Shown: positions 10,301 through 21,100, counted from the stretch's first letter. The stretch is 64,000 bases of DNA from an uncultured Planctomycetota bacterium (GCA_963737655.1 CAVTTN010000002.1:5920001-5984000), one strand, 5' to 3'. Translations and numbers: made by a program. The notes: generated from the letters alone by a model not told the origin.

Positions 10301-11174
10301 CCGGCTCGGACAGCCGATGGTGGACGCCCAGGTAGTACAGATAACTGTTCTCCACGACCCGCTTCCCCTCGACGCGGATGCCGTAATGGCCGTCGTAGAG
10401 GTAGAGCGGCTCGCGGCCGGCACCCCGGAGCGGGTTGGCCAGGGGGAACAGGGGGACGGCCCGGCCGTCGGGCGCCACCAGGGCGGCCTCCGACTCGGCG
10501 AAGGCCTCGGCCAGGGGCCCGGAGAGATCCTCCTCCGAGGCCGGGGGTGGCTCGACCCCCTTCAGAGTCCGAACCAGCCCCCGCCCGGGAACGGACGCAT
10601 CCGGGGCTTCGAGGCGGACCTTCAGGCGGTAGTCGCCGAGGAAGTCGAACGCCTCCAAAACCCGATGGAGGACGGGCAGGTAGATTTCGAGGTGATGGGC
10701 GGCCTCGGCCTCGTCGGGGACGCCGCCGTGGGCCGTCCCGTTCCGAAGCGCGAGGATCGCCCGGAGCGGGGCCAGTCGCGTGCCGCCGTCGCCCCTGAGG
10801 CCGAACGGCCGTTCCTCGGTGGTTTTCAGGGCGTCGAGGGCGGCGCAGAGCCCGGGGAAGATCGGCGCGATGCCGACCGCCGGGAGGTGGGTTCGGAGGG
10901 TCTCGACCAGGGCGATCCAGTCGGAGAAGAACGGCGAGCGGATCGAGGCGACCGCCCGGTTCAGGGCCTTCACCCCCTTCTCGGCCGCCTCGTCGATCGG
11001 CCCGAGGAGGTACTGGCCGACCAGCGGCAGGCCGACGATCCGCAGGAGCTGGTACTCGGTGAAGCAGAGCGCCCATCGCCGCAAGGAGGCGTCGCCGGGG
11101 CCGAAGACCAGCGAATACGGATGGGCGATCGGATAGGGGAAGTCGTCGAGGACGCGGCGACGGGGGGAATGCAT
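7383..11174 (-). CDS. STAND (NACHT-like) NTPase with N-terminal HEPN-like domain and C-terminal TPR array (STAND-1, 1263 aa)
   Basis: FPYPIA...LRNGTAHGG (R-x4-H); Walker A GPAGAGKT; Walker B LVIDALNE; about seven 48-aa TPR-like repeats. Confidence 0.85.
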   Translation of the reverse strand: MHSPRRRVLDDFPYPIAHPYSLVFGPGDASLRRWALCFTEYQLLRIVGLPLVGQYLLGPIDEAAEKGVKALNRAVASIRSPFFSDWIALVETLRTHLPAVGIAPIFPGLCAALDALKTTEERPFGLRGDGGTRLAPLRAILALRNGTAHGGVPDEAEAAHHLEIYLPVLHRVLEAFDFLGDYRLKVRLEAPDASVPGRGLVRTLKGVEPPPASEEDLSGPLAEAFAESEAALVAPDGRAVPLFPLANPLRGAGREPLYLYDGHYGIRVEGKRVVENSYLYYLGVHHRLSEPGPNSCDRMRELLAARRIDYALEKAQTAPWTIADSAADYSRQTLDDLLGRKYFPECYVPFEDVERHLDAFLRVPEPSRWPADSAKARFTGGLLLVGPAGAGKTALLAHRVAALLARPAEEAPRENPNLVLFLRGNGLAPREEGVSLFRDVAEKLGVAVEGATGKRRKAGGFGSFRELFDHLHRLWREDRVEGRRMVLVIDALNETGAPELALREALDLVREAARFPWCKVLLSTRQEWLGTWSGKLGPNEPSPLEEARPHLFVPESDGRGGMPGPPVVSLEPLGEAQARRVYGLYQSPDAAPSRERVPFCPTPWDDLPGPTRRLLASPLHLNLFMEAFDGRPAERVTTVPSLFRRYVDRAMAERPGLGPALAPVLDHLLDDLGRPGADLDDDDVNAIRRAWEEGHSAAVARATSNPVEALANEGWVRKRVREEGGGYRFLYQAVAGYLLYRHLDPDRKADVAAWSRRAAHEAVFPEYADAFLFLGRDLAARGDYASIVAIWKDAPSWLTDRLATLLIEIARSDYIPGRGSPTAETAAASLSATGEAAFADTLFGAAYQLHQTPFALAATAYYQATAAIREALYAANPENVDLGGGLGSTLSNLGVLLSAAGRAPEAEAAYRRAADLYEALYAANPENVALGGGVAGTLNNLGILLRAAGRAPEAEAAYRRAAAIREALYAANPENVALGDGVGMTLNNLGNLLRAAGRAPEAEAAYRRAAAIREALYAANPENVALGGVAGTLNNLGILLRAAGRAPEAEAAYRRAALVYEALYAANPENVDLGDGVGMTLNNLGNLLRAAGRAPEAEAAYRRAADLYEALYAANPENVALGGGVGSTLNNLGNLLRAAGRAPEAEAAYRRAAAIREALYAANPENVALGGGVAGTLNNLGILLRTAGRAPEAEAAYRRAAAIREALYAANPENFEIAAGYAGSLCSLGRFAEAETIVSRLLALIPTHPYLIQLKAYIQRRKE
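7534..8576 (-). repeat. About 7 near-identical 144-bp tandem repeats encoding 48-aa TPR units
   Basis: ttctcggggttggcggcgtagag recurs at 7534, 7678, 7822 etc.; one unit is 3 nt shorter (ALGGVAG). Confidence 0.95.
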
Positions 11175-11585
11175 GGCCGAGGCTCCGGGGTCCGGCGTCT
11201 CGCCGGGGCCCGGTTCGGGCCCCGCGGGGTCGTCTCTCCGTCCGGTCGAGGCCCCCTCCGGGCCGCCGCTCCTGCGCGGCCCCTCGACTGTAAGGGGCGT
11301 CCGACGGGTTTTCCAGGATCAAATCCTCAAGCGATCGCGCAAAGGAGGTCCCGAGGGACTCGTCCCGAGCCGGGACGACCTGGTCAGGGCGATCCGTCCG
11401 TTGGTCCAGGTCATGGCGGAAGCTCCGTTCTCGGGCCTCGGCGCGATGTCATTCCCTCGTTCCCACTGGTCCTTACGCCCGGGACGCGAGAAGATCGGGC
11501 CCGACCGACCTCGGGACTCGTCGGACGCAACCCGGTTGCAACGCCGTCAAGTCGGGGCGGCGGGCCCTTGATGCGGGAGGGACTC

Positions 11586-12572
11586 ATGGCACGCGACGCC
11601 CGGGGGCCCTCCCTGGAGCTGCTCCAGACCCTGGTCCTCTTCGCCGAGCACGGGGCCGGGGCGCGGGTCGCCGCGGCCCTGGGCCTAGACGAGGCGGTGG
11701 TCAGCCGCCGCCTGGGCCAGCTCCGCGAGGACTTCGGGCTGATCGAGAGGCGGGGCCGGACCCCCGAGGTCTCGGCGAAGGGACGGGAGGCCCTGCCGGC
11801 GATCCGGGCGCTGCTGCGGCAGCACGACGGGCTCTGCGACTGGCTGGCCGACCGCCGCCCTGGCCCCCGAGAGCTGGCGCTGGCCCTCGGCGGGTTCGCC
11901 GCCCGCCATTACCTGCCGCGGGCCCTGGCGATCCTCGGCGGCCCGACGGGCGAGGCACACGTCCGGGCGCAGATTCGGAGGGGCCGGGAGCGGGTCTCGG
12001 GGGTCGCCGGGGGCGTCTATGACCTGGCGATCGTCTCCCACTCCGAGCCCCAGGTCCGCTCGATCGCGAGGGGCCTCCCAGGCGGGGCCGAGTTGCGGGT
12101 CTCGCCCCTGGCCGAGCTGCGGCTGGCCGTCGCCGCCCGGCCGGGGACGGCCGCCGCCGAGCCGTTGGGGCGGTCCCTGGCCGGCCAGCCCCTGCCCCTG
12201 GCCGCCCTGGCCGGGATGTCCCTGATCGGGCTCGACCGGCAGTCCGGCGTCCGTCTCCAGGTCGAGGGGAGGCTCCGGGGCCTCGGCACGCCCCCCCGAT
12301 TCCGGGTCGAGGCTGGTGGCTGGGACGCGGCCCGCGAGTGCGCCCGCCAGGGCCTCGGCGCCGCGATCCTCCCCCTGGCCCTCCTCCGCCGCGAGGACGC
12401 CGAGGACCTGGTGGTCCGCCTACTGGAACCCTCGGCCGCGATCCTCCACAGCCTCGTCGAGCGCGACGACCCGGCCGAACCGGCGCTCGACGCCCTCGAG
12501 CAGGCCCTGCTCCGGTCGGCCGAGGGTCTGGCCGAGGAGGTCGAGCGGACCTGGCGGGGCCGCCTGCTGTGA
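11586..12572 (+). CDS. LysR-family transcriptional regulator
   Basis: GGGAGG RBS; N-terminal HTH (LQTLVLFAEHG..AAALGLDEAVVSRRLGQLRE); YDLAI and ARQGLGAAILP substrate-binding motifs. Divergent from STAND-1. Confidence 0.9.
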   Translation: MARDARGPSLELLQTLVLFAEHGAGARVAAALGLDEAVVSRRLGQLREDFGLIERRGRTPEVSAKGREALPAIRALLRQHDGLCDWLADRRPGPRELALALGGFAARHYLPRALAILGGPTGEAHVRAQIRRGRERVSGVAGGVYDLAIVSHSEPQVRSIARGLPGGAELRVSPLAELRLAVAARPGTAAAEPLGRSLAGQPLPLAALAGMSLIGLDRQSGVRLQVEGRLRGLGTPPRFRVEAGGWDAARECARQGLGAAILPLALLRREDAEDLVVRLLEPSAAILHSLVERDDPAEPALDALEQALLRSAEGLAEEVERTWRGRLL

Positions 12573-12587
12573 TCGGTGCGTATCGGG

Positions 12588-13697
12588 TCAGTCGGGCCGG
12601 GGGCCGAGAGAGTCGAGCGCCTCCAGGAGCCGGGGCGGCTTCAGGCAGGTGCAGGAGGCGCAAGGCGTCTTTCCCGCCACGCCGAGCCGGCCGACCTCGG
12701 CGAGGGGGCCGGGCCCGGCCTTGAAGACCGTCCCCTTGCCGGGTCCGCCCCCGGCCAGCCAGCGGACGAAGTGGCAGCGGAGCGGCTCGACCTCGACCCA
12801 GCCGCCGGCCTCGACCTCCCGGCGGCTCCAGGCCGACGACCCGCGGTCCTCGTACGGCTTCCACCAGACCTCCAGCCGCCCCTCCAGCACCCCGTAGATC
12901 TCGACGATCGGGGCGCCGTGGACGTGGACGTCCTGCGGGTCCTTCGCGGTGAAGAAGCTCCAGGTGAAGCCCAGCCCCTGCCTCTGGTGGCGGAGGTACG
13001 GGTCGGCCACCCGGAGGTTGAACGCCCGGGGGCCGGCCTCCAGGATCGCGTCGAGCGTGGCCCGGTCGAGGATCGACACGCCCGAGCGGTTCCGCGACCG
13101 CCACCGCCGGGCCAGGGCGTCCATCGACGGCCCCGAGACGTCGCCCCCCAGCCACCTCCTCGAGGCGCCGACGCGTCGCTCCTCCTCCGGGCGGGACCGG
13201 TATCGGGCCTCCAGATCCGCCTCTCGGGCCCGGAGCCCCTCGAAGACCAGCCGGGCCGTCGGCGACAGGTCGGGCCGGGCCAGGGCGTCCCCGGCGGTCC
13301 GCCACTCGCCGCCGAGCCTCTGGGCGATCGGGCCGAGGTCGTCGGGATGGACCCAGGCGACGATCGGGTAGATCGTGTACCGGGTTGGCTCGCCCAGGGC
13401 CGGCGAGACGAGCTCGACGGACTCGGCCGGCAGCTCCTCCTCGATCGCGTAGCGGCCGTCGTCCAGGCCGAGGTCCCCCTGCATCAGGTCGTCGACGAAC
13501 GCCTCGACCGAGCGGCCGTCGAGCGAGGGGGCGGCCTCGTCCCGGACCGTCTTCTTCGCAGGAAGGCCGAGGAGCGGGGCCTCCCCCGACCCGACGTGCC
13601 ACCGGGGGTGGGGGTGGATGAGAAAAAGGGTCTCTCCGGGCCCACCGCCTCCTTGAGGGATGAGCATGTGGACGACGTGAACGCTCCGCCCTGTCAT
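12588..13697 (-). CDS. NUDIX-like N-terminal domain + C-terminal cupin domain protein
   Basis: Cupin motif DVHVHGAPIVEIYGVLEGRLEV...VEVEPLRCHFV is clear. The N-terminal LFLIHPHPRW..LGLPAKK..IEEEL..ELVSP..TRYTIYP only loosely resembles divergent NUDIX folds. Start uncertain. Confidence 0.55.
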   Translation of the reverse strand: MTGRSVHVVHMLIPQGGGGPGETLFLIHPHPRWHVGSGEAPLLGLPAKKTVRDEAAPSLDGRSVEAFVDDLMQGDLGLDDGRYAIEEELPAESVELVSPALGEPTRYTIYPIVAWVHPDDLGPIAQRLGGEWRTAGDALARPDLSPTARLVFEGLRAREADLEARYRSRPEEERRVGASRRWLGGDVSGPSMDALARRWRSRNRSGVSILDRATLDAILEAGPRAFNLRVADPYLRHQRQGLGFTWSFFTAKDPQDVHVHGAPIVEIYGVLEGRLEVWWKPYEDRGSSAWSRREVEAGGWVEVEPLRCHFVRWLAGGGPGKGTVFKAGPGPLAEVGRLGVAGKTPCASCTCLKPPRLLEALDSLGPRPD

Positions 13698-14377
13698 GGC
13701 AACCCCCGGCCCTCGCCCGGTGCATTTCCTATGGATAAAGTGGCGGTTCACGGCCAGCGAGTCAAGGACGGCGAAGGCCACGTCCGGCGCGTGGCCCGGC
13801 CCCGATTGTCGCCGGCATCCGGTGCCTCCTCGCCGATGCCTCAATATCCGGTTTTCCTGAAGCCATGAGAATTAAGTTGGCACCCCCGGGCTCGCGGTGG
13901 GACAATCCGTCCGAGCAGAGACCGGGGATCAGAGATTCGGGAACGGGGCCGAGGAGGCAGATATGGTCTCGCAGATCATCCGATGGAATTGCCCGGGTGC
14001 CGGAGGGGGCCTGATCCTGGGCCGTCTCCCGTTCGGGCCCTCGGCCATGGGTGAGGTCCCGGGCAGGGTCAGGCGACCGCTTCTGCGAGCGGGATCCGGG
14101 GGTGGCCGGGGGCCAGGGACCCCGATCGAACGGGATTTTCCTTGAAAACGCACCAGGGGCCCTTGAGACCGCTCGGCCCGTCACGCCTATGACGTCGTGC
14201 GCAGGGCCCGTCACGATGACGTCCTCAATCCTGAGCGTGCGATCCCTCACGCGGCTGTCCGGGCTCCGAAGACGCCGCCGAGGGCGGGCCTGAGGCCGGT
14301 GCTCGATCCGGTCACGCGGCCTGGGAGGCCGGACTTCGCGCGTGCCGGTCCGCGGAACCCTCGATCGGAGGCCGGGC

Positions 14378-17334
14378 GTGCCGACGACCGAGCCCGCGAC
14401 GCTGGACGATCGGATCAATTTCCTCGTCGAGGCCGTCGATCCCGAGATCCGCCTCGGCCTCCAGCAGCAGCTCAGGACCCTCCGCGGCGCCGACAATCCC
14501 CTCGGCGTGGTGCTGGGCATGTCCCGGCTGGCAATCCAACTATTTCGGCTCATCTATCGAGATGCCGGCAAGAAATGGCCGGACGGCGACAACCTCTATT
14601 CCGTCATCGTCCGGGCCGCGAAGGGGGATGCGGCCGAAAAGATCCCCGGATACCAGATCCTGCCCGAGGCGCTCGACTCGCCCCTTCACACGCTCCGCGT
14701 GATGTCGAACAAGGTTGATCACGCGGCCGAGCGGTTCCGCATCGGCGTGGACGAGGCCGAGATGGTCCTCAACGCCCTCCTCTCGGTCCTCCGCTGGTAC
14801 TACTGCGATTCGTCGCTCGCCTCGCCCCCCCTGCCGGCGATCTATTCGTTCGGGCCTCCGACCCCGGCGGGTCCGCCTCGGGTGCCCCGGTCGGGGGCGG
14901 ATGGGGCGCCCTCGAACCTCCCCTATTTCGACGACGCGTTCGTCGGGCGTCTCCATGAGTTGGAGCAAATTCGCTTCCTCCTGGTCGACGAGGCGAAGGG
15001 GGTCGTGACGATCACCGGGACCGGGGGGATCGGCAAGACGAGGTTCGCGTGCGAGGCGGCGAGGGCCCTTCTGCCCTACTTTCCCGGGGGAGCCTTCCTG
15101 GTCGAGCTGAAGGAGAGGCTGACGATCGACGACCTCTGCGTCGCCATCGGGGACGCCTTCGGGTTGAGGCTCGACCAGCAGGACCGGCCGATAGACGTGA
15201 TCGGCAGCTTCCTGAGGTCGCTCGCCCGGCCGACCCTCCTCGTCCTCGACAACTTCGAGCACATGGCCATCCACGCGGATCGGACCGTGAGGGCCTGGAG
15301 GTCGACGGCCCGGGCCGTACAGATGCTCGTGACCAGCCGAGTCTCGCTGGGGACCTCGGGGGAGCACCTCTTCCCGCTGCCGAGCCTCGACGTCCCTCCC
15401 CCCGTGATCCTGGGGACGGGGGAGGCGTTGGCCCCGGGAGCGGGGCCGGTCCAGGAGCCGCCGGGGCTCGGGAGCGAGGACATCAGGGCCATCGGCCACA
15501 ACGAGGCGGTCCGGCTCTTCTGCCAGGCCGCGTCCTCGCGGGGGCGGCGGTTCGAGCTCGATGCGGCGACGGCCATCCCCGTGGTCCAGATCTGCCAACT
15601 CCTCCAGGGCCAGCCCCTCCCGATTATCCTCGTGGCCAAGCGCGCCCGCTTCCGTCCCGTCCTGGACCTGTACCTGGAGGCGAGCGAGAGCCCGCTCGAG
15701 GCCGCGTTTGCCGACGGCCAGACCCTGCGTGCGACCATCGCATGGAGCTACGACCTCCTGTCCGAGGGCGAGCGCGACGTCTTCCGGCAGGTCTGCGTCT
15801 TCCGCGACGGGTTCACCTCCGATGCCGTCGACGAGGTCGTCGCCCCCTCGGACGGTTCGGGGCGCAGCGCCGAGGAATTCGTCGAAAGATTGTGCGACTA
15901 CAGCCTCGTCGAGTGCGTCCCCCGGCCCGACGGCCGGACCCGATTCACCCTGTTCCAGACGGTCCTGGACTTCGGGAGGAACCTCTGGCCCGAGGGCCCG
16001 GATCGCCCGCCCCCGGGGGTCGCTCTGCGCTGGGCGGAATACTGCGCGAGGTCTGCCGAGCTCTGGGCCGGTCGCATTCCGACCGAGGAGTGCGGGCCGG
16101 CCCTCGACCGGCTGGTCGAGGAGCGAGAGAACCTCCTGGCCGCCCATCGCTGGGCCCTGGCCTCGGGCGAAGCGCACCTCGCTTCCCGCATCATCCTCGC
16201 CTTCGCCCCGGCCCTCAAGTACCGAGGGCCCTGGACGATCCGCGTCGAGAGGCTCCTGGAGACGCTGGACGTCACCCCCCTCGACGACGGCCGCCTCGGG
16301 GTCCTCCTGCGGATCGAGGCTCTCGGACGCCCTCTGGGGCATCGGCGACTACCCGGCCGCGCTGGAGGCCGCCCAGGCGGCCCTGGCCGCGGCCCGGGTC
16401 CTCCCCGCCACGGATCTCCCCCTCCTCGCCCGCTCGCTGGACGAGGCGGCGAAGCGGGCCGCGGACAACGGAAAGACGGCCCTCGCCGTCCGACTGCACG
16501 AGGAGGGCCGGGACCTCGGGATCCGGGAACGGGACGAATTCATCATCGCCCTCCACGAGACCGGCCTCGGTTCCATCTTCGACCGCGCCGGAAGGTTCGA
16601 TGAGGCGCGATCCTCCGTCCGTTCCGCCGTCGGCCGCCTCGAGCGTTCGGCCGACCCGATGACGCTGGCCTGGGCCGTTAACCGGCTGGGGCTGGTGCTC
16701 TGGCACGAGGGCAAGAGCGAGGAGGCCCTCGGGCACTTCGTGAGGGTCGAGCGTCTGTTCCGACAGGTCGATTACCCCCGTTGGTACGCAGGGGCGATGA
16801 CCAACCAGGGCCTCGCCTTGAATGACCTGGAGCGATTCGAGGAGGCCGAGGTTTGCTTCCGGGCCGCGGGTGCCATCCACACCGGTCAGGGGAACCGCTC
16901 CTGGTGGGCCGTCAACCAGGCCGGCCTGGGCGCGAACTATCTTCTCAGGGGCCGCCCGGCAATGGCGATCCAGGTGCTCTCGGGCGCGATGCTCGCGGCC
17001 CAGGAGACGCATTATCTCGAGAATCTGGCCCTGATCCACGGGCTCCTCGGTCGGGCCTATTCCCAGCGGGGCGAATACCCCGAGTCGAGGGCCCATCTCG
17101 TCCGGGCGGTCGTCATCGAGCACGGCATCGGGACCCGCGACCGGCGCTGATTTCGGGAATCTCGTCCGGCTGGCCTGGGTGCTGACCGCGTTGGGTAGGC
17201 CCCTGAAGGCCCGGTCCCTGCTCCGGGTCGGCGGCGAACTCTCGAGGAGGCTCGGGCTCTCCGCAACGCATCCCCTCGGGCCGGTCCGGGACGACCTGAA
17301 GATCGCCCGGGAACTCCAGGGGCCCCCGACCTGA
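14378..17334 (+). pseudogene. DUF4145/HEPN-like + NB-ARC-like STAND ATPase + TPR protein (STAND-2), two apparent frameshifts (~16319, ~17147)
   Basis: GTG after GGAGG; LRVMSNKVDH; Walker A GTGGIGKT; LLVLDNFEH; TIAWSYDLL. TPRs continue in the 15561..17150 frame from LSDALWGIGDY, then DFGNLVRLAW... to a stop at 17334. Confidence 0.75.
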
Positions 17335-17521
17335 ATCGACCGGAAACGCATTTCTCGCCCGTCCACCCCATCCGCCATCCGGGCCGTCGATTCGCCGGGC
17401 CGACAAGGCGAACGAGGAGGCCGACCTCGGGCGATTCGACATGCAAGGGCCAACATTACTGATTAGAATCCACGGGTCGTCATCGGACCAGGCCGCGCCG
17501 CCGCGACCTCGGGTACGGGCG

Positions 17522-17560
17522 GGTTGCCGCCGACGCAACCGGCATGCTCGGGCCGCAACC
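17522..17560. promoter_or_regulatory. Candidate tandem LysR-type boxes upstream of STAND-3
   Basis: GGTTGC-N7-GCAACC dyad (contains T-N11-A) at 17522-17540; a second TGC-N7-GCAACC 20 bp downstream. Confidence 0.45.
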
Positions 17561-17659
17561 CGGGAGGGCCCGGGGCGAACGGCCGGGGCCTGGGCGACGT
17601 CCTGGCGGGTGAGGGGCCTCCGTTCCGGCGGCCCTCGATCGATCGAGGGGAGGGGCATC

Positions 17660-20600
17660 ATGGGGGCTTCCGACTCGTTCTTCCCGGCCCGGGCCGATCG
17701 CGACGTCCGGGACGAGGTGATCCGCGAATACCCGTTCCCCCTGGCCGTGACCTATGCCCGGCTCCAGGACGAGCTGGAACTCCAGGAGCCGGTCGCCGCG
17801 GCCTGGCAGATGCGGGACGCGATGGAGTCTTTCCTGAAGTTCTCCGCGAGCCTGGCCGTCGCCGACGCCCTGGCCTCCGGCCCCGACCCGAAGCTCGCCG
17901 GGGAGCTCGCGGGCCGGCTCCTGAAGTGGGGCGGCCTCGTCCTGGGGGACTGGCACGAGCTGGTCCGATTGCCCCTGAAACCCCTGGAGGAGGCCGCCCG
18001 CGCCGGCCGGCTCGACTGCTCGGGCCGTCGCCTGCCCGAGCTGTATCTCCTGTTCTTCAGCCCGAAGAACGGGCGGCCCTCGCCCCTGCATCGGCTGATC
18101 CAGGGCGACGGATCGGCCTTCATCGCCTGGAGGAACAGGGAGTTCGGCCACGGCCTGTTCCGCCGGGATCGCGCCTGGTACGCGAAGGAGACCCTCGGCT
18201 GGATCGATCGCCTCCACGCGCTCTACGACGGCCTGAAGCCGGTCCTGGCGGGGTGGTCGCTCGTGGGCCAGACCCCGGGCGGGGAGCGGGTCGAGTGGCA
18301 GGGGACGGACCGGCCGCCCCATGCCCCACCCCACGAGCACGAGCCCTGGGGCGAGCCCCTGCCGATGCTCCTGGTCCACGAGGACGGCCGCGAATTGCCG
18401 CTCGGCCCGCTCCTGTCGGTCCAGCACTGCACGCTCTGCGGCCATCCCGCCGCGTTCTACTTCGACAAGAGTGAGCGGAAAAAATATGGCCACAGCACCC
18501 ATTTCCTGGAGTACTTCGGCGGCCACCCGCACATCCATGCCAACTGGAACCAGACCCTCCGCCTCGCCGGTTTCCTCCCGCCCGAGTTCGAGTTCACTCG
18601 CGAGGCCCACGACCCCGACGAGCTGGCCGAGGGCATCCGCCTGGCGTTCCGCGACTTCGACGCCGAGTACTTCCCCCGGCCTACCTCCTCGAACGGGTCT
18701 GGGCGCTCGCCGAGGACCGTGCCCGGGGCTACGTCCACCTCGTCGGCCCCGAGGGGATGGGCAAGACGTTCGTCATCCGCGGCCTGGAGCGGGAGTCGAA
18801 GGCGAAGTCCATCCCGGTCCTGGCGTACCACGTCCTCCCGGGCGCGGCGGCCCTTTATCAGACGTTCCTGGTCGAGCTGAACGAGAGGGCCCGCGACGCC
18901 CTGAAGCTCCGCACGATCGATCCCCAGATCAAGGGGGAGACGACCCCCGAGGGGATGCGGGAGGAGTTCGTGGCGTACCTCACGACCCTCATGGAGGCGA
19001 ACCGGCTCGACCGCCTGATCGTCGCGATCGACGCCCTCGACGAGCTCCCGGACCCGCCCGCGAAGACGCCTTCGATCACCGACTTCCTGCCGCCCGCGGC
19101 GGAGCTTCCCCGGGGCTGCACGATCGTCCTGACGGGCCGCCCCGCGCTGCGTCCCCGCGCGGCCTCCGACCTCGACCGCGTCCGAACCGCGTCGGGAGTC
19201 GAATCGTTCACGACGATCCCCCTCGACCCCGCCGCCCCGGCCAACCGCGACCTCCTCCGGGCCTACCTGCTGCGAAAGGAGCACCTGCCGGCCGGTCTCT
19301 CCACGCCCGAGCAGGCCGACGCGGTGATCGAACGGGCCGGCGGGGTGTTCCTCTACGCCTTCCACCTGAGCCGCGCGCTCCGCTCCGGGGCCTACGCGGA
19401 CATCGCCGCCCTGCCCGACGGGGATCGGTTCTACGCCGACTACCTCGGCCGGCTCCGCGAGACGGCCGGCGACCGCCTGTTCGAGGAGGTCTACCTCCCC
19501 GCCCTGATCCTCCTGTCGGCCGCGTTCGCCCCGGTCACGCTCGGCCAGCTCGTGCGCTGGGGCATCCCGAAGGACCGGCTCCCGTTCGCCCTGATCGACC
19601 TCCACGACTTCCTCCGGGTCCACCGGGTCCGCGGCTGGCACGACTCGCTCGCCCCCGAGGGCCCCGAGCCCGAGCGCCGCTACGAGATCGCCCACGACGC
19701 CTTCCTCCGGTTCGTCCGCTCCGACCCCACGCTCTCCGCCCTCCTGCGAGATGCCCACGCGAAGATCGGCGCCGCGGCCCGCCCGAAGGACGGTTGGCCG
19801 AGCATCAGCCCGTTCGAGGACGAGGAGATTTACAACCTGATCCACGTCCTGCCGCACCTCCGCGAATCGGGCCGAACGGACCTGCTCCGCGCCGTGACGG
19901 CGGACGAGTCCTACGCGGAAACTTGCTGGGCGATCGGGAATCTCGCGCAGGACAGTGCGAGATTCCACATCGCCGAGAAGCTCCACGACCGATCGGAGAA
20001 GGTCTATCGGGAGTTGGTCGACTCGGGCCGCGTCGAGCTGGCCAACGACCTGGCCGGTGCCCTCATGAACCGCGGCAACGCACTATCGAATCTCGGCCGG
20101 CTGGCGGAGGCGGTGACGGCGTACGACGAGGCGGTCGCCATCCTCCGCCGGCTCGTCGACTCGGGCCGCGGCGAGCTGGCCAACGACCTGGCCGGTGCCC
20201 TCATGAACCGCGGCAACGCGCTGTCGGATCTCGGCAAGCTGGCGGAGGCGGTGACGGCGTACGACGAGGCGGTCGCCATCCTCCGCCGGCTCGTCGACTC
20301 GGGCCGCGTCGAGCTGGCCAACGACCTGGCCAAGGCCCTCATGAACCGCGGCGTCTCCCTCCGCAACCTGGGCAAGCTGGCGGAGGCGGTGACGGCGTAC
20401 GACGAGGCGGTCGCCATCCTCCGCCGGCTCGTCGACTCGGGCCGCGTCGAGCTGGCCAACGACCTGGCCAAGGCCCTCATGAACCGCGGCGTCTCCCTCC
20501 GCAACCTGGGCAAGCTGGCGGAGGCGGTGACGGCGTACGACGAGGCGGTCGCCATCCTCCGCCGGCTCGTCGACTCGGGCCGCGTCGAGCTGGCCAACGA

Positions 20601-21012
20601 CCTGGCCATGGCCCTCTTCAACAAGGCGTGGCTTCTGAAGAAGCAGGAAGATTGGCCCGCGGCCCTGGAGTGCTACGACGAGGCAATCGGGCTGCGAGAG
20701 GGCTGCGTCGAGGCCGGGATGGTCCATCTCCTGGGCAAATTGCTCCAGACCATCCGCTACCGGATGATGACCCTGCTGGACCTCGGGCGGTGGGACGAGG
20801 CCGCCGAGGATGTCGTCCGATTGCTCGACCATGCCCGGCCGGCTCTGGAAGCGGAGGAGATGCCGCAACCGATCCTGAAGGAGATCGGCGCGATGGTGGG
20901 CCGGTTGCGGAACCTGCCGGAGGAGGCGTGGATCCGGGTTGAGTCCGGGCTGGGCGATTGGGCGGAGATCGTCCGTCAGTGGGTGAAGGGGACGGGCGAG
21001 GATGAGGATTGA
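17660..21012 (+). CDS. HEPN-like + STAND NTPase + TPR protein (STAND-3), one apparent frameshift at a C-run (~18675)
   Basis: YPFPLA...WRNREFGHG. Adding one C to ttccccc joins it to VHLVGPEGMGKT (Walker A) and IVAIDALDE (Walker B) of ORF 18757..21012; 46-aa TPR repeats follow. Confidence 0.8.
20017..20607 (+). repeat. 4+ near-identical 138-bp tandem repeats encoding 46-aa TPR units
   Basis: gtcgactcgggccgc recurs every 138 bp (20017, 20155, ...); unit RVELANDLAxALMNRGxxLxxLGxLAEAVTAYDEAVAILRRLVDSG. Confidence 0.95.
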
Positions 21013-21100
21013 TCGCGGGGGCGGTGGACTCGCGGGGGCCTCGGCCGGGTGGTAGGATCGTGGGCGAGGCGGGTTTCGGGGAGACCCGGAGGTCGGATCG

